64,000 nucleotides of DNA from an uncultured Chloroflexia bacterium (GTDB taxonomy: Bacteria; Chloroflexota; Limnocylindria; Limnocylindrales; CSP1-4), in NCBI GenBank assembly GCA_963734535.1, contig CAVTHS010000003.1, positions 192,001-256,000 of the forward strand, in the 5' to 3' direction. A program made the position numbers and the translations under genes. Position 1 is the stretch's first letter, and each line of letters begins with the position of its first letter. Below the pieces are notes generated by a model. The model was given only the letters and a program-made list of their open reading frames with translations, was not told the origin of the DNA and made no database searches. This document shows, piece after piece, positions 63,077 to 64,000 of the stretch.

Positions 63077-64000
63077 ATGGCCGACCCGCGCGGCCCCGGG
63101 CTCGCCGCCGGGCGCCTCCTCGAGCTGGCGGTCGCCGACTTCGCGCTGATCGAGCGCGTCCGGATCACGTTCGCGGCGGGATTCAACGTGCTGACCGGCG
63201 AGACGGGCGCCGGGAAGAGCCTGCTGATCGACGCGCTCGGCCTCGCCCTCGGGGCGCGCGCGGACCCGGGCCTCGTGCGCCACGGCGCGGACGCCGCCCG
63301 TGTCGAGGCGCTCTTCGACCGGCTGCCAGAGGCGCTCGTGTGCGTTCGCGAGGTCGGCGTGAACGGCCGATCGGTCGCGCGGGTCGACGACGAGACGCTG
63401 ACAGCCGGCCGGCTGGCGGCCATCGCCGGCCCGCTCGTGGAGATCCACGGGCAGCGGGACCAGGGCCGCCTCCTCGACGAGCGCTGGCAGCGCGAGCTGC
63501 TCGACGGCTACGGGGGCCACGCCGCGGAGCGCGCCGCGGTTGCCGGCTCCGTGGGGGCCTGGCGGGACAACGAGGCCGCGCTGGCGTCGCTCGCCATCGA
63601 CCCGCTGGAGCTGGAGCGCCGGGTCGCCCTCCTGGAGCACGAGGTCGAGGAGATCACCGGCGCCCGGCTCGTCCCCGGCGAGGCGGTCGCGATCCGGGCC
63701 CGTCTCGATGCGTCGCGGCACGGCGAGGCGATCGCGCGCGGGTCGGCGGCGCTCGCCGGCCTCCTCGCCGGCGACGACGGGGCAGCGGAGGCGTCGCTGG
63801 GCGCACGCGAGCAGGCGTCACGCGCGGCGTCGGAGGCGGCGGCGCTCGCCCGTCTCGATGCACGTTACGGGCCGCTCGTGGAGCGCCTGGCCGGCGCGGC
63901 CGCGGAGCTCGAGGACGTCGCGTCGGAGGCGCGTCGCCTTGCGGAGACGGTCGACCACGATCCAGCCGCGCTCGCGACCCTGGAGGCGCGCCTGTCGGTG
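63077..64000 (+). CDS. recN: DNA repair protein RecN (3' truncated)
   Basis: Hand translation: DFALIE, FNVLTGETGAGKSLLIDAL, EIHGQ; follows tlyA-nadK. Confidence 0.93.
   Translation, partial: MADPRGPGLAAGRLLELAVADFALIERVRITFAAGFNVLTGETGAGKSLLIDALGLALGARADPGLVRHGADAARVEALFDRLPEALVCVREVGVNGRSVARVDDETLTAGRLAAIAGPLVEIHGQRDQGRLLDERWQRELLDGYGGHAAERAAVAGSVGAWRDNEAALASLAIDPLELERRVALLEHEVEEITGARLVPGEAVAIRARLDASRHGEAIARGSAALAGLLAGDDGAAEASLGAREQASRAASEAAALARLDARYGPLVERLAGAAAELEDVASEARRLAETVDHDPAALATLEARLSV

Overview
Very GC-rich bacterial chromosome segment with nearly all genes on the + strand. Gene content and protein style suggest Chloroflexota (inference only). It is mostly housekeeping: ppa, thpR, trpB2, tyrA, nfeD-SPFH, comM-dprA-topA-xerC, murJ-femAB-femAB-murE, rel-hisS-aspS, typA, kdpDE-like plus a KimA-like permease, iscS-mnmA, alaS-ruvX-mltG-pepP-efp, and xseA-xseB-dxs-tlyA-nadK-recN. 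The best candidates for an undescribed system are: (1) an FtsZ-unlinked FtsA-like actin ATPase paired with a single-TM baseplate-J-like protein, inserted in the alaS-ruvX-mltG operon; and (2) an accessory cassette (PPOX-like, DUF1801, class II UvrA, AraC, VOC) in which a ~110-bp copy of the araC 3' end plus the VOC promoter and start codon is reused ahead of the cassette. Also notable: widespread TAnnnT boxes 6-10 nt before start codons (leaderless mRNAs), a MurE with an EDPR motif beside two Fem ligases, an EF-P with a KMGRG tip, and five 1-bp insertion frameshifts that are probably read errors. No rRNA, tRNA, CRISPR array or transposase was recognised. All product calls come from motif recognition, not database searches.
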